A stretch of DNA of 64,000 nucleotides, taken from assembly GCA_013239625.1 (NCBI GenBank), contig MU054187.1, positions 9,693,231 to 9,757,230 on the forward strand. Direction: 5' to 3'. The stretch comes from Lama guanicoe (taxonomy: Eukaryota). The position numbers and the translations under genes were made by a program. Shown here in pieces: positions 39,005-51,956 of this stretch (positions within the stretch are counted from its first letter, which is position 1; every line of letters starts with the position of its first letter). Under the pieces are notes generated by a model, which made no database searches, had not been told where the DNA came from, and was given only the letters and a program-made list of their open reading frames with translations.

Positions 39005-39886
39005 TCTCTTGTTTTCCTTTACACTCATTAACATGCAATACTCTGAACACTTTTGTACTCTGGTCCCCAAATATGTGGTAGTTTTTCCCACATTAGGCAA
39101 TACTGCGACACCAGCTGGGTGTCCTACAATTTGACTCAATTCTGACATTGGCTACTTGGTGGTCTTACAGGTTTTGGGCTCAGCTCTGTCTAACTGCACC
39201 CTCACCCTTCAGCCACCAATCACAAGTCCAGGTTATTACCGGTGCTTCTGACCAACAGACTAAATCGGTTTCTCACCACTCCGTCCTCGGGTTCAGTTAA
39301 TTTGCTAGAGAGGCTCTCAGTACTCAGGAAAACAGTTTACTTACTAGATTAACAATTTATTATAAAAGGGTCTAACTCTGGAACAACCAGATAGAAGAGA
39401 TGCACGGGGAGGGTATGTGGGAAGGGGCAAGGGTGGTTCTATGCCTCTGTCGGTGGTGCACCGCTCTCCCCGTACCTCCAGGTGCACCAACTTGGTACCT
39501 CTCCGAACCCATCCTTTAAGGTTTTTATGGAGGCTTCATTATGTAGGCATGGTTAATTAAATTATTGGTCATTGGTGATTGATTCAACTTCCAGCCCCTC
39601 TTCCCTCTCTGGAGGTGGGAGGAACTAAAAGCTTCAACCTTCTAACTAATCAGGTTGGTTGCCCTAGCAACCAGTTCCCATCTTTAAATTACCTAGGGCT
39701 TTGTAAGTCATTGCATTAACCTAAAGTCAGGTGTGATGGAAAGAGGCTTATTGTATGAATAACAAAAGATACACATTTCACCTTTCTCTCTCTTATCACT
39801 TAGGAAATTCCAAGGGTTTTAGGAGCTCTGTGCCAGAAAAGACAGACCAAATATATGTATGTCTTAATATAAATTACAATATCATA
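39005..39886 (-). mobile_element. MER21-like LTR
   Basis: gacaccagctgggtgtcctacaatt...aaattccaagggttttaggagctctgtgccag...acaatatcata. Confidence 0.8.
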
Positions 39887-39912
39887 GTAGTATACCTTGT
39901 TTAAAAATTGTT

Positions 39913-40040
39913 GGGAGGACAGTATAGCTCAGTGGTAGGGTGCATGCCTAGCATGCATCAAGGTCCTGGATTCAATCCTCAGTACCTCTGTTTAAAAAAA
40001 ATAGTAATAAACCTAAATTACTTCCCTCATTTAAAAAAAT
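39913..40040 (+). mobile_element. tRNA-Ala-derived SINE (Vic-1-like)
   Basis: gtatagctcagtggtagggtgcatgcctagcatgc head, aaacctaaattacttccc module and A tail. Confidence 0.9.
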
Positions 40041-41399
40041 TTTTTTAAATCCTGAAAATTATGAGAACTAAAACAATTTTTTCCACCTGTATTAAAAGAA
40101 TATACTTTAAATATCCATTTGAGCTTTCATGGTAAAACCGAAAGGCAAGTTATCCAAGTATACTGTGGGTTTTTCTTTTTTTGAATTTTAAACTCTTACC
40201 ATTAAAGTTTACTTACCGTAATTCTGTGTACATTGCCTCAAGTTCAGTTTTAAAAGGAGGGAAAAGTGGAAAACAAGTTGCGAAACACTCAATTAGGTAA
40301 TGGACGGTGGTAATGAGTCATGACGGTTTATTGTGTAAGTGTGTGCAGAAGCGGAAGGATCTATCAGGCCTCCGTTCAGCTCTCTTAAAATGACAGATTT
40401 CCCAAATCCTTCATGAAAAGGATGTGCATATGTTTAATGAAAGTCTAGTCTCATGCACTTTTTTTCCTCCTCCATTTTCTAATCATTAAAATATGAAGTT
40501 TGGGTCACTTGGAGAAGGTTTTGGGGAGGTGATTATGTTGAAGACTAGATATTTGTTGGGTAATTCTGCACTACCCCGGTAACCGTGTGCTCCTGTCTTT
40601 CTGGGACCCACCCGATTTAGCCCTATCCTAAAGGATATTGACTTTCAGACTTATTTTCAGTGGTGAAAAATGCAAGAAGCACTCTCTCATTTCATCTGAG
40701 GTAGTTAGTGACAGACTTAACATTTTCAGCTTAAAAAGCAATTTTCTTTTATCTTAATGTCTGTCATTAAAGTTTACCACTCAGGTTTCAATTTTAATGT
40801 TTCTCTCTTATAATTAAAGCAGAATGAGTCCTTGGACTGTAGCAATTAATAGAACCTTTATTCAAACTTAGTGTAATCATATGTAAAAATAGAATAATTA
40901 ATTTAAAATTTATGTGTTATAAAATGGAATGAATGTCATTGACAGGCATTATTGTGTATAGAAGTAGCAGGTTGCCTCTGGTGACTCATTATCTATTTTC
41001 AGCTCCTATGAGAGATTATGCTAATAGTGGTTAAGAATGGGGGGTCTGGATTCACCCAGATCATAGTTCAAATAGTGGTTCATCCATCACTTATAAATTA
41101 GTTTCTTTACCTATAGAATAGGACATAACTCATAGGGTTAATTTTGAAATAAATAATATCCTTAAAGCACTTAACACAGTGCTTGTGATACAGTAGGTAC
41201 TCAATACAAATGTCAGTAATTAATAATATTCAGAATGGATAAAATTTTATGACGTTAACTTTGTTTCTTTTTTATTAATTACTTAAAGGAAGGCATATAC
41301 CACAGCTTTTCCTTCATTAAGTCCTAAGAAGCTGTCAGGGAGGAGAGCTGGAGAATAGCAGAGAAAGGATTCTTTAGAGATGATCGAGGTGATAACTCA

Positions 41400-42380
41400 T
41401 CCTCCCTAATGTGTCTCCAGGTGTCTGATGCAAGTCCATTGCCTCTTTTGGGCTACATCAGCTCTCTATGGATGATTGAAGTTACTCTTCCTGGTTTACA
41501 TGCATCTTGTACTGATGACTCCCAAATCCATGGTTCCTGTCCTGGAACCCTTTAGACTAATATGATCAATTGCCAGATAGCTAGCTTCCCATAGTGCTAC
41601 CCTACAGGTAATTCAAATTCAACACATACGAAACAAAATATATCTTCTCTACTCTCCTCCTGATACCCCACCCCCGCTTTTCATCAATTTCTTCTTCCTT
41701 TTATTGTCCCTATTCAATTTTACGGTATCACCATCGCCCCAGAAATCTGAGAGGCGGTCTAGACTCTGTCTCCCTTAGTACCTGCATCCTGTCATTTACA
41801 AAATCTTCCTGATATTATCTCCTGAATATTTCTCAAGCCTGTCCTAGCTATTCTAAGTCTACTATAGCCTCCTGGGGCCCTCATCAAGTCTGCCTTTTTC
41901 AGTGGTCCCTCTTAGGAGATTTTTCTACCTCCCTCCATTTGTTCTCCATATTGCTTTCAGAGTGATTTAAAGCAAAGATCTGGCCATTGTCATTCCTTAC
42001 ATGGAAATACCTTCTTTATCTCTTGTAATATCAAATCTAGGTGTTTAGCATGGCTTGTCAGGCTCATTGTGATCTCTGACCTACTTATCTCCTGGCATTT
42101 CCAGGCTCATGCTCTCAGCTCCAGGCTCCAAGAATAGTAATTACCTCCACACACAGTATGCTAATGCACCCCTGTGTGCTTGGAATACTTTCCCTCAGTT
42201 GTTGACTAACTTGCCCAATTGTTAGTACTGAGCTCAAGAGCTACTTTCTTTAGGACATCTTCCTTAACCTTCATTTTCCTCCTTACGTTGCCTCCCAAAA
42301 CTGAGCCACAGGCATCTCCCCTGTGCTTCTGCTGTAACCTCTGGATACTTCTGTCCTAACAGGCTACTGTATTGTAGCCC
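41400..42380 (+). mobile_element. L2 fragment
   Basis: tactgatgactcccaaatc...ttcaaattcaaca..., pyrimidine-rich L2 body. Confidence 0.7.
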
Positions 42381-42489
42381 AGGAGGAAGTCTTGGGTGCC
42401 CTGGGACACTTTCAACAGGGCTTCTTTCTATTTCCAGAGATGGGAGTTATGGTTGTCATTAACATTGTTTATTAAAAAGCAAGCTTGGT

Positions 42490-42585
42490 GGGGGGATATA
42501 GCTCAGTGGTAGAGTGCATGCTTAGCATGCATGAGGTCCTTGGTTCAAAGCCCAGTACCTCCATCAAAATTTTAAAAAAATAAAA
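42490..42585 (+). mobile_element. Short tRNA-Ala-derived SINE or tRNA retrocopy
   Basis: gggggatatagctcagtggtagagtgcatgcttagcatgcatgaggtcc...cagtacctcca followed by an A-rich tail. CpGs are decayed. Confidence 0.85.
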
Positions 42586-45314
42586 TGTACAAATCAACTG
42601 TGCCCAGTAAAAATCTAATAAAGTAATGTCTTTTTAGAAAAACAGGCTGAAAAAATGGAGGAAAAAATTTCCCCCCATTCTATCCCACATACCAGAAGAG
42701 ACTAATCTTCTTAAACCCTTTTTATTGGCATGCCTACCTTTCTTAACCTACAATTGCTCTTTATTAGTTCAAGTCCAAACTCCTCACCCCGTCTTACCTA
42801 TTCAGCCTAATTTTGGGCAGTGCGTCTACAGAATCAGTCTGGACGGTTAAATCAGTGAACTTCATAGACAGAGTAGGCGGGGAATTTGCACTGGTGGTTC
42901 TTCCTTGGAACAGATTTTGAGTTTTCAGATCTAGGCTTTAGCATCAGGGTATATACTTTAAAGTTATATGTTGGTAAATTAAACAAAAACTTTGTATTCA
43001 CTGAATATTTATTAGGTGCTCACTAAATATTTATTGGCTACAGGCCAGGCACTGTACCATTGGTTGGGGCTTTGGTGATAATCAAAATCAACATAACCTC
43101 TGCCCTCATGGAGATTCTGGTCTAATTGTGAAGATTAATAATTATAGTAGAGGGTGTAAAGCGCCCCAGGAACCCACAGCAGGGCACCTGACTCAGCCGT
43201 GGGATCAGAGAGGGCCTCTTAGGCTGAGTGACATCTAGCTTGATGGCAGTCAATGGGCTGTGCATTCAAGGCTGAAGGAACCACAAGTGCAGAAGTCTAG
43301 TGGGAAGAGAGCCTGGGATGCTCAAGAAAGTGACAGAAGTTTCTTAAGGCTGGATCTCAGGTACCAGGAACTATGTGTATTACTGTAGCAGATCATGAAG
43401 GAAAAGAAAGGATATCTTTTTGTCCTGTCAGAGACTTGCTTCCTCTTTGAGGAAAACAAGTCAGAATGAATAGAATAAGCTTTTGTTTCACTGACTGCTC
43501 AGCTTCTAGTCACATACTATGTTGGTCTTAATTTAATTTTTATGCATATAAAATTAATGTCATACTGAGATGGTCTAGACATCCCTGCAGTGTGCTAGCA
43601 CACCCTTCCCCTGCTCTTACCCTCACCCTCCCGCCCCTGCAGCTGGGCGCCATTTCCTTGGATCCACTCCTCGAATCTCCATTGCTATTACAATAGCATG
43701 ACTCCTTGGCATAGTTCTCAAGCCTATGATGGTTAGTCTCCAACCTACTTTTCTCTCTCTTATTTTCTGCTCCTCTCCTTCCTCCAGACTTACTCTTTGC
43801 TCTGCCATTCCTTTAATACATCCATGTTTTTCTGCTTTTAAGCCTTTACATACCTCCCCTTCATCTGAAAAAGCCTTCTTCCCTTTCCCTGCCTGTCAAA
43901 CTCCGATGCTTTCTTGAAAGCTTGATTCACACACTTCTTCTATCAGGTCTCTGATGTTTTTGCTGTTTTTCTTGCCTCCTCCAATTCTCTACTCCTTCTA
44001 GAATGTTTTCTTCTTTCTTTTTAATGAAATATACCATAGTTTTTTGTAGTGCTTTTAAAAATTCGGGTTGTTTTTTTTTTAACTTTGGTCCTTTGTGTTA
44101 GAGGTTTTCTTTAAGTGCCTGATAATTATTTAAGAGTGAGACACTGAAGGAATATACTAAACATGGAATAAAAGTTCTGTGTATCTTGTTGGAACTTGTG
44201 AAAGTGGGCCAGCTTATTTGATGGGCACCATCACAGATTTCATCAGCAGCTCCTGAATGTTTTCTCAGGACCATTCAATTTTCCCAGATAAGAAGCCTCT
44301 GCACCTGCCTGTTGCACCAAAGCCTGAGGCTCTTCTCGGAATGCACAGGTCAGGTCAGATGGCTCCTGCCTGGGGTCCCCTCTTAGGCTCTTCTGCCACT
44401 CTACCTGTTTCCCGCTTCTCACAGGCTTTCTGTCTTCATGTAAGATGTTTGTGGTGTGTGTCTTCCCTATTGTTTTGAGGTGACTTCTGAGAGAACGGGG
44501 TGAAGCATCTTCATACCAACATTTTAAAACAAATTCCTCCCTGAAATTTTCAATTAAAAAATTTCTCCATATACATCATTGAAAATAGAGGGGATATGCT
44601 AATGTTTCTCCAACATGGGAAGGTTGAAACCTAATTAATCAATGTTAATGAAGATGAAATCCTTGTGTAAATATTAATTGACATGCTCTTTTCCAGAGAG
44701 CATGGAAAGAATGCTGTATAGATTTTAGAGTATCTTTTATGGTTTCCTATTTCAAAAAAAAAAAAGAAGCTTGAGATTTTAACAAGCCAGTGTTTGCTGG
44801 TCTCTCATGGCCAGTTCAGATGTCCGGAGTATGACATCAGGAGATGATTTGTAGTACAAAGCATGCTGAATCTTTGTGAAAGTTGTTAGTTCTCATGATA
44901 TTAAGGTGTAAAGTTTACTTTTAAAATGGACTGTTTTATTCTTTTTCTTTTTGAGCATGTGACCATGGTTTTCCATCTCAGTAAAATTTCTTACAGAGTA
45001 ATTGCTTACAAATAAAAGACTATCTTCAAGAAGTTTAAGCAGTCATACAGTTTTTTGAGTAAGGGGTACAGGATGCCTGTTTTAAAAGCCCTGGGTCTAG
45101 ACTAGTGGGAGAGCTGGAGGAGACTGAGGTCCAGCATGGTGCCATGTTATGGAAGAATGGCATGTGTTATTTTAAAATTCTTTGACATGTGTGCCATTTT
45201 AATTTAAAGCTAAAAAGCCTTTTATCTTTTAAATATTCAGCCACTTAGCAGTTTCATTTTTTAAAAATCTCATTTGCTAAGTCTTTCTCTAAAATTATGC
45301 AGTGTGTTTTGCTG

Positions 45315-45535
45315 CAGAGCACAGCAGGTAGAACACAGGCGTAAGTGTTGGACAGGCCTAGGTTCGAGTGCCAGCACTGTCGATTGCTGTGCGAATTCGA
45401 ACGAGTTACTTCGTGTTTCACTTTCCGCGTCTGTGACAAGGAGTTCATGAGGTTGCCTTATGGGGATTCCACGAGAGAACGCACGTGAGGTCCCCAGCAC
45501 GGGGCTTGCCTCTGTCAGCGTTCAATCGCTCTGTT
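45315..45535 (+). mobile_element. MIR SINE, unusually CpG-rich
   Basis: Collinear with MIR (ggttcga..., gagttactt, tttcc..tctgt, cagcac...cgttcaat), yet carries 15 CpGs in ~190 bp. Confidence 0.75.
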
Positions 45536-46699
45536 GAGGTATGTTAAGCATCCAGCACAGGGCCTTTTCCTCCCACTTTCCTCCTACTTCCTCAGGATGT
45601 TCTGCTGAGTCAAAACTACCAGGAGAAAGTTATACAATACAGATCCTTTCTTCTTCTAATTCTTAGAAATTTTAATTTGGAGATAGTTTTGGTAAATTAA
45701 AAAAAAAATACTGCCACTAAAGTAGTATTTATTTCTGCTCAGATCTTTCTAAAGAGTTGATCCTGTCTGCACTGAATTAGGCAACCTGTAAAAGCAGCAG
45801 TGAGTTGCTGGAGGGAGCTTCGAATTTTTAAAATGATTTATTTGCCAAGCTACTCAGGCTTTGGGTATTACCTAGGAGAATTTATAAACATGTCAAGCCT
45901 TGACAGATTCTTCCCTTTTATGTTAATGTACTGTGAACATGCAGGGCCCATCCTGCCTGTGGGGCATGTTTTGCCCAGACTGTCACTGGTATCACTGGCA
46001 TCACGATTTCCCTGGACCTGACCTAGTGCCCACTCATGCTCGGGACCCAAAGGACCAGTCCAGCCCTGCCTGGACTTGAATTTCCCTCAACACTACTGAT
46101 TTTGAGATCAATAAACTCTCTACTCTGGCAAGCAGAAGGAGCCCGCTCATCAATTTTAATACGTACTACTGTCATCAATTTGTCTGGGTTATTTTTACAA
46201 AGATGGTAGACTCATCAGTTTGAAACCCATCATGTCTGAGTTGGCCATTAGGGACTTCTGACTTTGCTGTTAATTATTTCCAGTGAAACTCTAACTAGAT
46301 ATTCTAGTTGTATGAATGCTCATATGAGAGAATGGTGGAGAAAATATGGAGTAAGAGATGGATCCATTTTGTGTTATTCAGAAAGTTATCTTTAATATAC
46401 TTTCTGAAATGAATTACCTGTGTCAACATATAATTAAATGAGTAAAATTTGATTTGTTTCATCTGATGGGAACTTTATTGTTTTTTTACTGGACTGTTTC
46501 TTGCATTTGGAAGACTTATTCTAGATTTTGAAGGGTAAATATTATGTAGCTTATAGATCCATTTTTTATTAAACTAAAAATCTCATGTATGCTTTTTATT
46601 TAAAAAAATAAAAGACTTAATATTCTAGGATATGTAGACTTAGACTTGAATTGTTCAAAGTATTTTTAATAAACTGTTCATTCTTTTTTAACATATTAT

Positions 46700-47260
46700 T
46701 AAACACATATAAGAGATGATTCATAGAGTTCTACATAGTATAGAGGCTAACAATAAAACAAATACTCATGTATCTACCACCCAGTTTAAGAAAAAGAATA
46801 TTAGCAATACATTAGATTCCTCATGTGCCCTTCCCTAGTTCAGTTCGCCTCCCTCCATCCTCCAAGTAAACATGAAAGAACTTTGTATTTATATAATCCC
46901 TTGGGTTTTTGTAAAACTAGTTTTTGGAACATTTGTATTCATCTCTAAACAATTAATTATTCAACTTTTCATTTTTGGAACTTACACAAATGAAATAATT
47001 TCTCCTGATATTTACTTTTAAAATAATAAAAGTAACACTGGTGACATTCAGCCATGTTGATGTATACAAATGTGATTCACTAATTTTCACTCCTGTATAA
47101 TATCTCATTATGTAACTATTCCACAATTTAGTTGTCTATTATTCTCTGATGGACATTTGGGTCATTGCTAGTTTTTTGACTAGTACAAACACTGACTTCT
47201 TATATATATCCCTTATTGCACATGAACAAAAGTGGAATTGCTAGGCAAATTGCTTAATTT
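46700..47260 (-). mobile_element. Old L1ME-like fragment
   Basis: catgtatctaccacccagtttaag...gatggacatttgggtcattgc. Confidence 0.7.
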
Positions 47261-48557
47261 CTGAATTTCATGGAAAAATGCAATTTGCTTTTCTTTGAAT
47301 TTAAGGAGGATTTGAGATTGAGATAATTTATTTCAAATCAGTGGCTCAATAATTTTGTATCAATTCTAGCAATTTTTCTAGGAAAATTGTTTGGTTTTAA
47401 AATTATTTAGAAATAATTGATTTATTCAGAAAAGTCAGGAAGTGAGGAATTCCAGATTATTTAGATATATTTACATACAGATGTGGAGATATAGATATGT
47501 AGGTATAAAATAAAAATATAGGTAGTCAATTTCAAGAATCAGAGTATAATAATAATAATGGCTAACTTTTATTGAATATATACAAAACAGCATGACTGTC
47601 CTGGCATATGCCAACTGAATAATGGAATATCAGCCCCTGCCTGGAAGTACTTTTTGGTGTGTGTGTGTGTGTGTGTCTGTGCGTGTGTGCTCAAATCTCT
47701 GGATATGGAAAGTGAAAAAATTGCCTTCACATTTCTTGATTTTTGGACAAAAAAAGAATTTTCTGGTTATTCAGCCTATTTTGATTCCCAGTGTATCTTC
47801 TACTGTCTGGAAGTAAAATGGGCTATAAGATGCTGAATTAATTTTTCACTGTGATATTGGAAATTATAGAAATTCAAGAAAAGATGAGTCAGTAATAGCT
47901 ATCACAATTGTCAACTTCACAATTTGTGTTTATGGCTAGTGCTTTCCTTTGTATGTATCTGGGAGTGTTTTACAAATGAAATTTTTGCATTTCTGATACC
48001 ATGCCCTCTCTTCTGAAAAGTCCTTGTTGACAGCTTTTTGAAATTCGCTTCCTTTCTGGATTTCTTCCAGTCTGCCCTACCTCCATACTTCGGACATTTA
48101 TTTTTGCCCTTGCCTGGGCTAGCCATCTTTTTATTTAAGTGCTGGAGATGTAGTAAGAAGCAAGATCCAATCCTGCCCTCATAGCACATGGAGTTCAGTG
48201 GGAGAGAGGAAAACACACACAGGCGATTTCCAGGCATCTTTCTTTGATAAGGGTTGGTTCATATTTACTCTTAAGAAGGGGTGAGGGAAAGCCTCCGCTA
48301 TTAACAATTTTTTAAAAACTCATTCTTTGATTAAAAATAATTACTCAATAAATTTAAGTACTTATTTACTTATTTGTGTTTATAGGTTTATTTTACACAT
48401 ATATTTTCAGAGCTTAAGAGAAAAAAATCATTTATTATGAGCTTCCTAAAATACTGTCCTGTTTTCTTGTTTGGATCTCATGAAAAAGGAGAACAGCTTT
48501 TCTTATTGCTTCAAAAAATTTTTAAATCCCATGAGTCCTGGCTTCTGGAAACTTCTT

Positions 48558-48702
48558 TTTTGTTGTTTTTTGTTTATTTGTTTTGGAAGGGAAGTAATTT
48601 AGGTTTATTTATTTATTTATTTTTAAGGGGAGGGACTGGGGATTGAACCCAGGGCCTCCAGCATGCTAAGCTTGCACTCTACTGCTGAGCTATACCCTCC
48701 CC
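48558..48702 (-). mobile_element. tRNA-Ala-derived SINE (Vic-1-like) with perfect TSD
   Basis: Reverse head ggggattgaacccagg...gagctataccctcccc. 13-bp direct repeat ctggaaacttctt at 48545-48557 and 48703-48715. Confidence 0.93.
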
Positions 48703-49589
48703 CTGGAAACTTCTTATTTAGAAAATGTTTAATAGTCATTGATCCCATTTTGTGAGTGTTTGTATGACATCACAAGTGTGGCATGACACTTAGAACTCTT
48801 AAATAACACATAGGATGGGGCCTTGAATCCATGATTACTCAAAACACTTAATAAATGTGGATATTTTAATACTGGCTTGTTTTACTATAAGGGAAAACAG
48901 GTACACCATATGAAAATCCCTGATTATTAAATATTATTTATTGAGAGGTCAATCTAAGAGAGACTATAAGAGAGACTATTCAGTGTTAAAACTGGGACAG
49001 TCCCAGGCACACACACAGGAGCAATCAGTTACTCTACGTGGCTAGACTCTGTGATAAGTTCTGAGGTTTTACAACATAGACATGAAAAAAGAATGGTCAT
49101 GTAATGTGATAGTTTAGGATATACATTAAGGGGCTGGGGAAGACAAAAGGGGACACTCCCCAATTTGCAGAAGATGATCACAAAGTTGTCAAGGAGATGG
49201 TGAAATAAATCCAGAGGAGTAGGAGTTACCCCAACAAAAACGGGGTGCAGAGGGGAGGGAGAGGGTGGAAACTTTCAAGCAGAGAAAGCATGCAGCATTT
49301 AGTTTTTAGAGAAACACACGTAGTTTTCTCCAGAAAGAGAAGGGGAAGCTACTGAAGGGCCTGGGGAGAGAGCCCAGGTGCTCCCACGCAGCGGGTTGTG
49401 GAGGGAGGGATGTCGAGGGAGGGAAAGCCTGGTGGCCTCTCTGTTTTAGGGAGACTAGGGTGATGCTGAGGGGGAGAGACAAGAAAGAGGGCAGGGAGTT
49501 TGAGGAGAGAGGGGAACCGCAGGTTTCTGAGATGGTCAAATGTGATCATATTAGGTGCTAAAGCTCTGAGAATTACAAAGCATTAAAAG

Positions 49590-49830
49590 AAATAGCTAAC
49601 GCTTACTCCATGCTTCCTTTGTTTCAGGCACTAAGTATCTTACGAGCATTATCACATTTAATTATCATGACAACCACAAGAGACATATACTGTTATTAGC
49701 TCCATTTTACAGATGAAGAAACCGAGGCAGAAAGAAATTAACACTTGCCCAAGGTTACACAGTTCCTAAGAGGCAAAAGCCAGAATTCTGTAGGTTCTGT
49801 GGCGCTCTTTACTCTTTACCTCTGCATTTA
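49590..49830 (-). mobile_element. MIR SINE
   Basis: ccattttacagatgaagaaaccgaggcag...acttgcccaaggttacacag. Confidence 0.8.
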
Positions 49831-51099
49831 ATACATGTGACTCTGCGTGACATGCACAGCCACCTCTGTGGTATTATTATCCCCAGGTGAGGGGACAGTA
49901 ACCGAGGGGAATCTTGTCCAGAGTCACATGGGTACTCAAGATATATGGTTAGGCAATGTGTAGGAGAGGACAACTGAAGACATTGTAAATTGCTGAGATC
50001 GGTCTTTTTCCCACATTACATAGTTTCCCAACTGAAAATAAAATAAAAGGAAAGAATGTGATCCCGCCTTCTCCACACCCCAGAAATAGTCCAGCTGTTC
50101 ATTTGTATTTTGGCTTTTTGAATTCAAATGCACTTTCCTCTACAAGTCTTGGATATCACTTCTTAACTCCTAACCCAGTTGCAAGACTATTCATAGTGGC
50201 CCTAAACTTCAAATACCCTTACAGCCCCCTGAACGCCAATTGCGCTTGGAACCCCAAGGCTTTGGAAAGTGTTAGTGGCTCTTTAAAGGTTTGTTTGATT
50301 AGCAACCTCCTATTTCAGCATGAGAGAAAACTTCAGCCGCCTGGAGGTGGGTCTCCCAGAGCTTCTGCAGAATTGGCTGTTAAAGATCGGGGTTGACCTT
50401 CCCATCAAAAGCAGACAAGGCCCCTAGTAGCGTGGGGTAGAGTTGGGATATTCAAAGATCAGGGGTTTTCTGTTTAAATTGTGACAGGTTTTGACTTTAA
50501 ATAATTTCTGCATTTACAGATGAGGAATGAGAGACAAAGCAAAGTTAGGGAACATTGCCTCATTTTTATATTGCTAGTTAATGATTGAGCCAGGACTTGA
50601 GTTAAGTCCCTACCCCCTCAACCCTAGTACTCCAGTGGGATTAAAAGCCAGTGAGACTTTGCCACCAAGATTACTGATTTGCTGCTACATCTCTTATGGA
50701 TGGCAGCTGCCTCGGTACTCAGAATGCTCCTCAGGCAGCCTTGTAGACCTGGAACTTTGAATGATGAAACTCTTCATGTTGTGACACCACTCAGCATTCC
50801 CTGACTCTCTCACTGAATGACCCTAGCATGTCAGGCACCATCCTAAACCCTATGGACCCAGTGGTGAACGTGACAGGCACAGTCCTTGCCCTGCAGTACT
50901 TAGGATTTGCTGGGAGAGACAGTCATAAAATGATTACACTGCGTGTTTAATTATATTTGTGTGATAAATGATATGTGGGATAAGTATTGGATGCTGCTTA
51001 ATGTAACAAGGGCCCTAACCTAAGTCCAGGGTCAAGGACAGCTTCTCTGAGGAAGTGTGATTCAGACTGATTCCCAAAGGGTGAGTAAGAATAAGCCAA

Positions 51100-51486
51100 G
51101 TTTTAGGGACTGAATTGTGTCCCGTCCCCCACCCCCAATTCACGTGTTGAAGTCCTAAATCCCCAGTGCCTCCGCATTCAACTGTATTTGAAGGTAGGTT
51201 ATTTAAAGAGGTAATTAAGGCTAAATGAGATCATTAGGGTGGGTCCTAACCCAATATGACTGGTGTCCTTACAAGAAGAAGTAATGGGAACACAAGACGC
51301 ACACAGAGGGAGGACTATGTGAAGACACAGGGAGAAGAGGCTGTCTACAAGCTGAGGAGAGAGGCCTCAGAAGACACCAACCATGCAGACACTTTGATCT
51401 TGAACTTCCATGAGAAAATACATTTTTGTTATTTAAGCCCCAGGCTGTGGTACTTTGTTACGGCAGCTCCAACAGACTGAAGGACC
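51100..51486 (+). mobile_element. MLT1A/B-like LTR
   Basis: gactgaattgtgtccc...ggtgggtcctaacccaatatgactggtgtcctta...gtggtactttgttacggcagc. Confidence 0.85.
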
Positions 51487-51956
51487 AAGCAAAACGTAGA
51501 TGTGTGAGTGTTCAGGTGGTGTGAGTGTTGGAAGACTCAGGGGAGGACTGCAGTCGGCTAGTTTAGTATTTAAACGAACTCACACCATCCACCTGGAGCC
51601 CAAGGAGTAAGGAGAAGAAAAGCATGTTACCCACATTTACAAAACCAAGCATCTTTACAAGTTACGGATTTCCAAAGGTAAATGAAGAGTTCTGAAATTG
51701 AGTCATGCACCTACTGTTTATAAAAAGGTAATAATAATCTGGCTAGGTAAAATCATTGTTGGCCCACCCTCTTGTGACCTTATCATGTGTAGACCTGCTT
51801 CTAAGTGCAGGACATGCTCACGGGGTTCTTTTGTCTAGAAGGACCTTTCTCTGAAATCCAGTGTGTGTTCAAAATAGTCAAGATCTTATGTGCATGATGC
51901 CTCTCTGACCCCTCAGGGCCCTAGTTGTCTGTCCTCTTTCGCTGATTGTGTATACC

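Noticed and set aside
42491..42563. Apparent tRNA-Ala(AGC) gene
   Set aside because: CpGs are decayed, the T-arm and acceptor stem are mismatched, it has an A-rich tail, and four related SINE copies lie in the window. It is a retroposed copy.
48956..48979. 12-bp tandem duplication taagagagacta x2
   Set aside because: Ordinary slippage duplication with no spacers, so not CRISPR-like.
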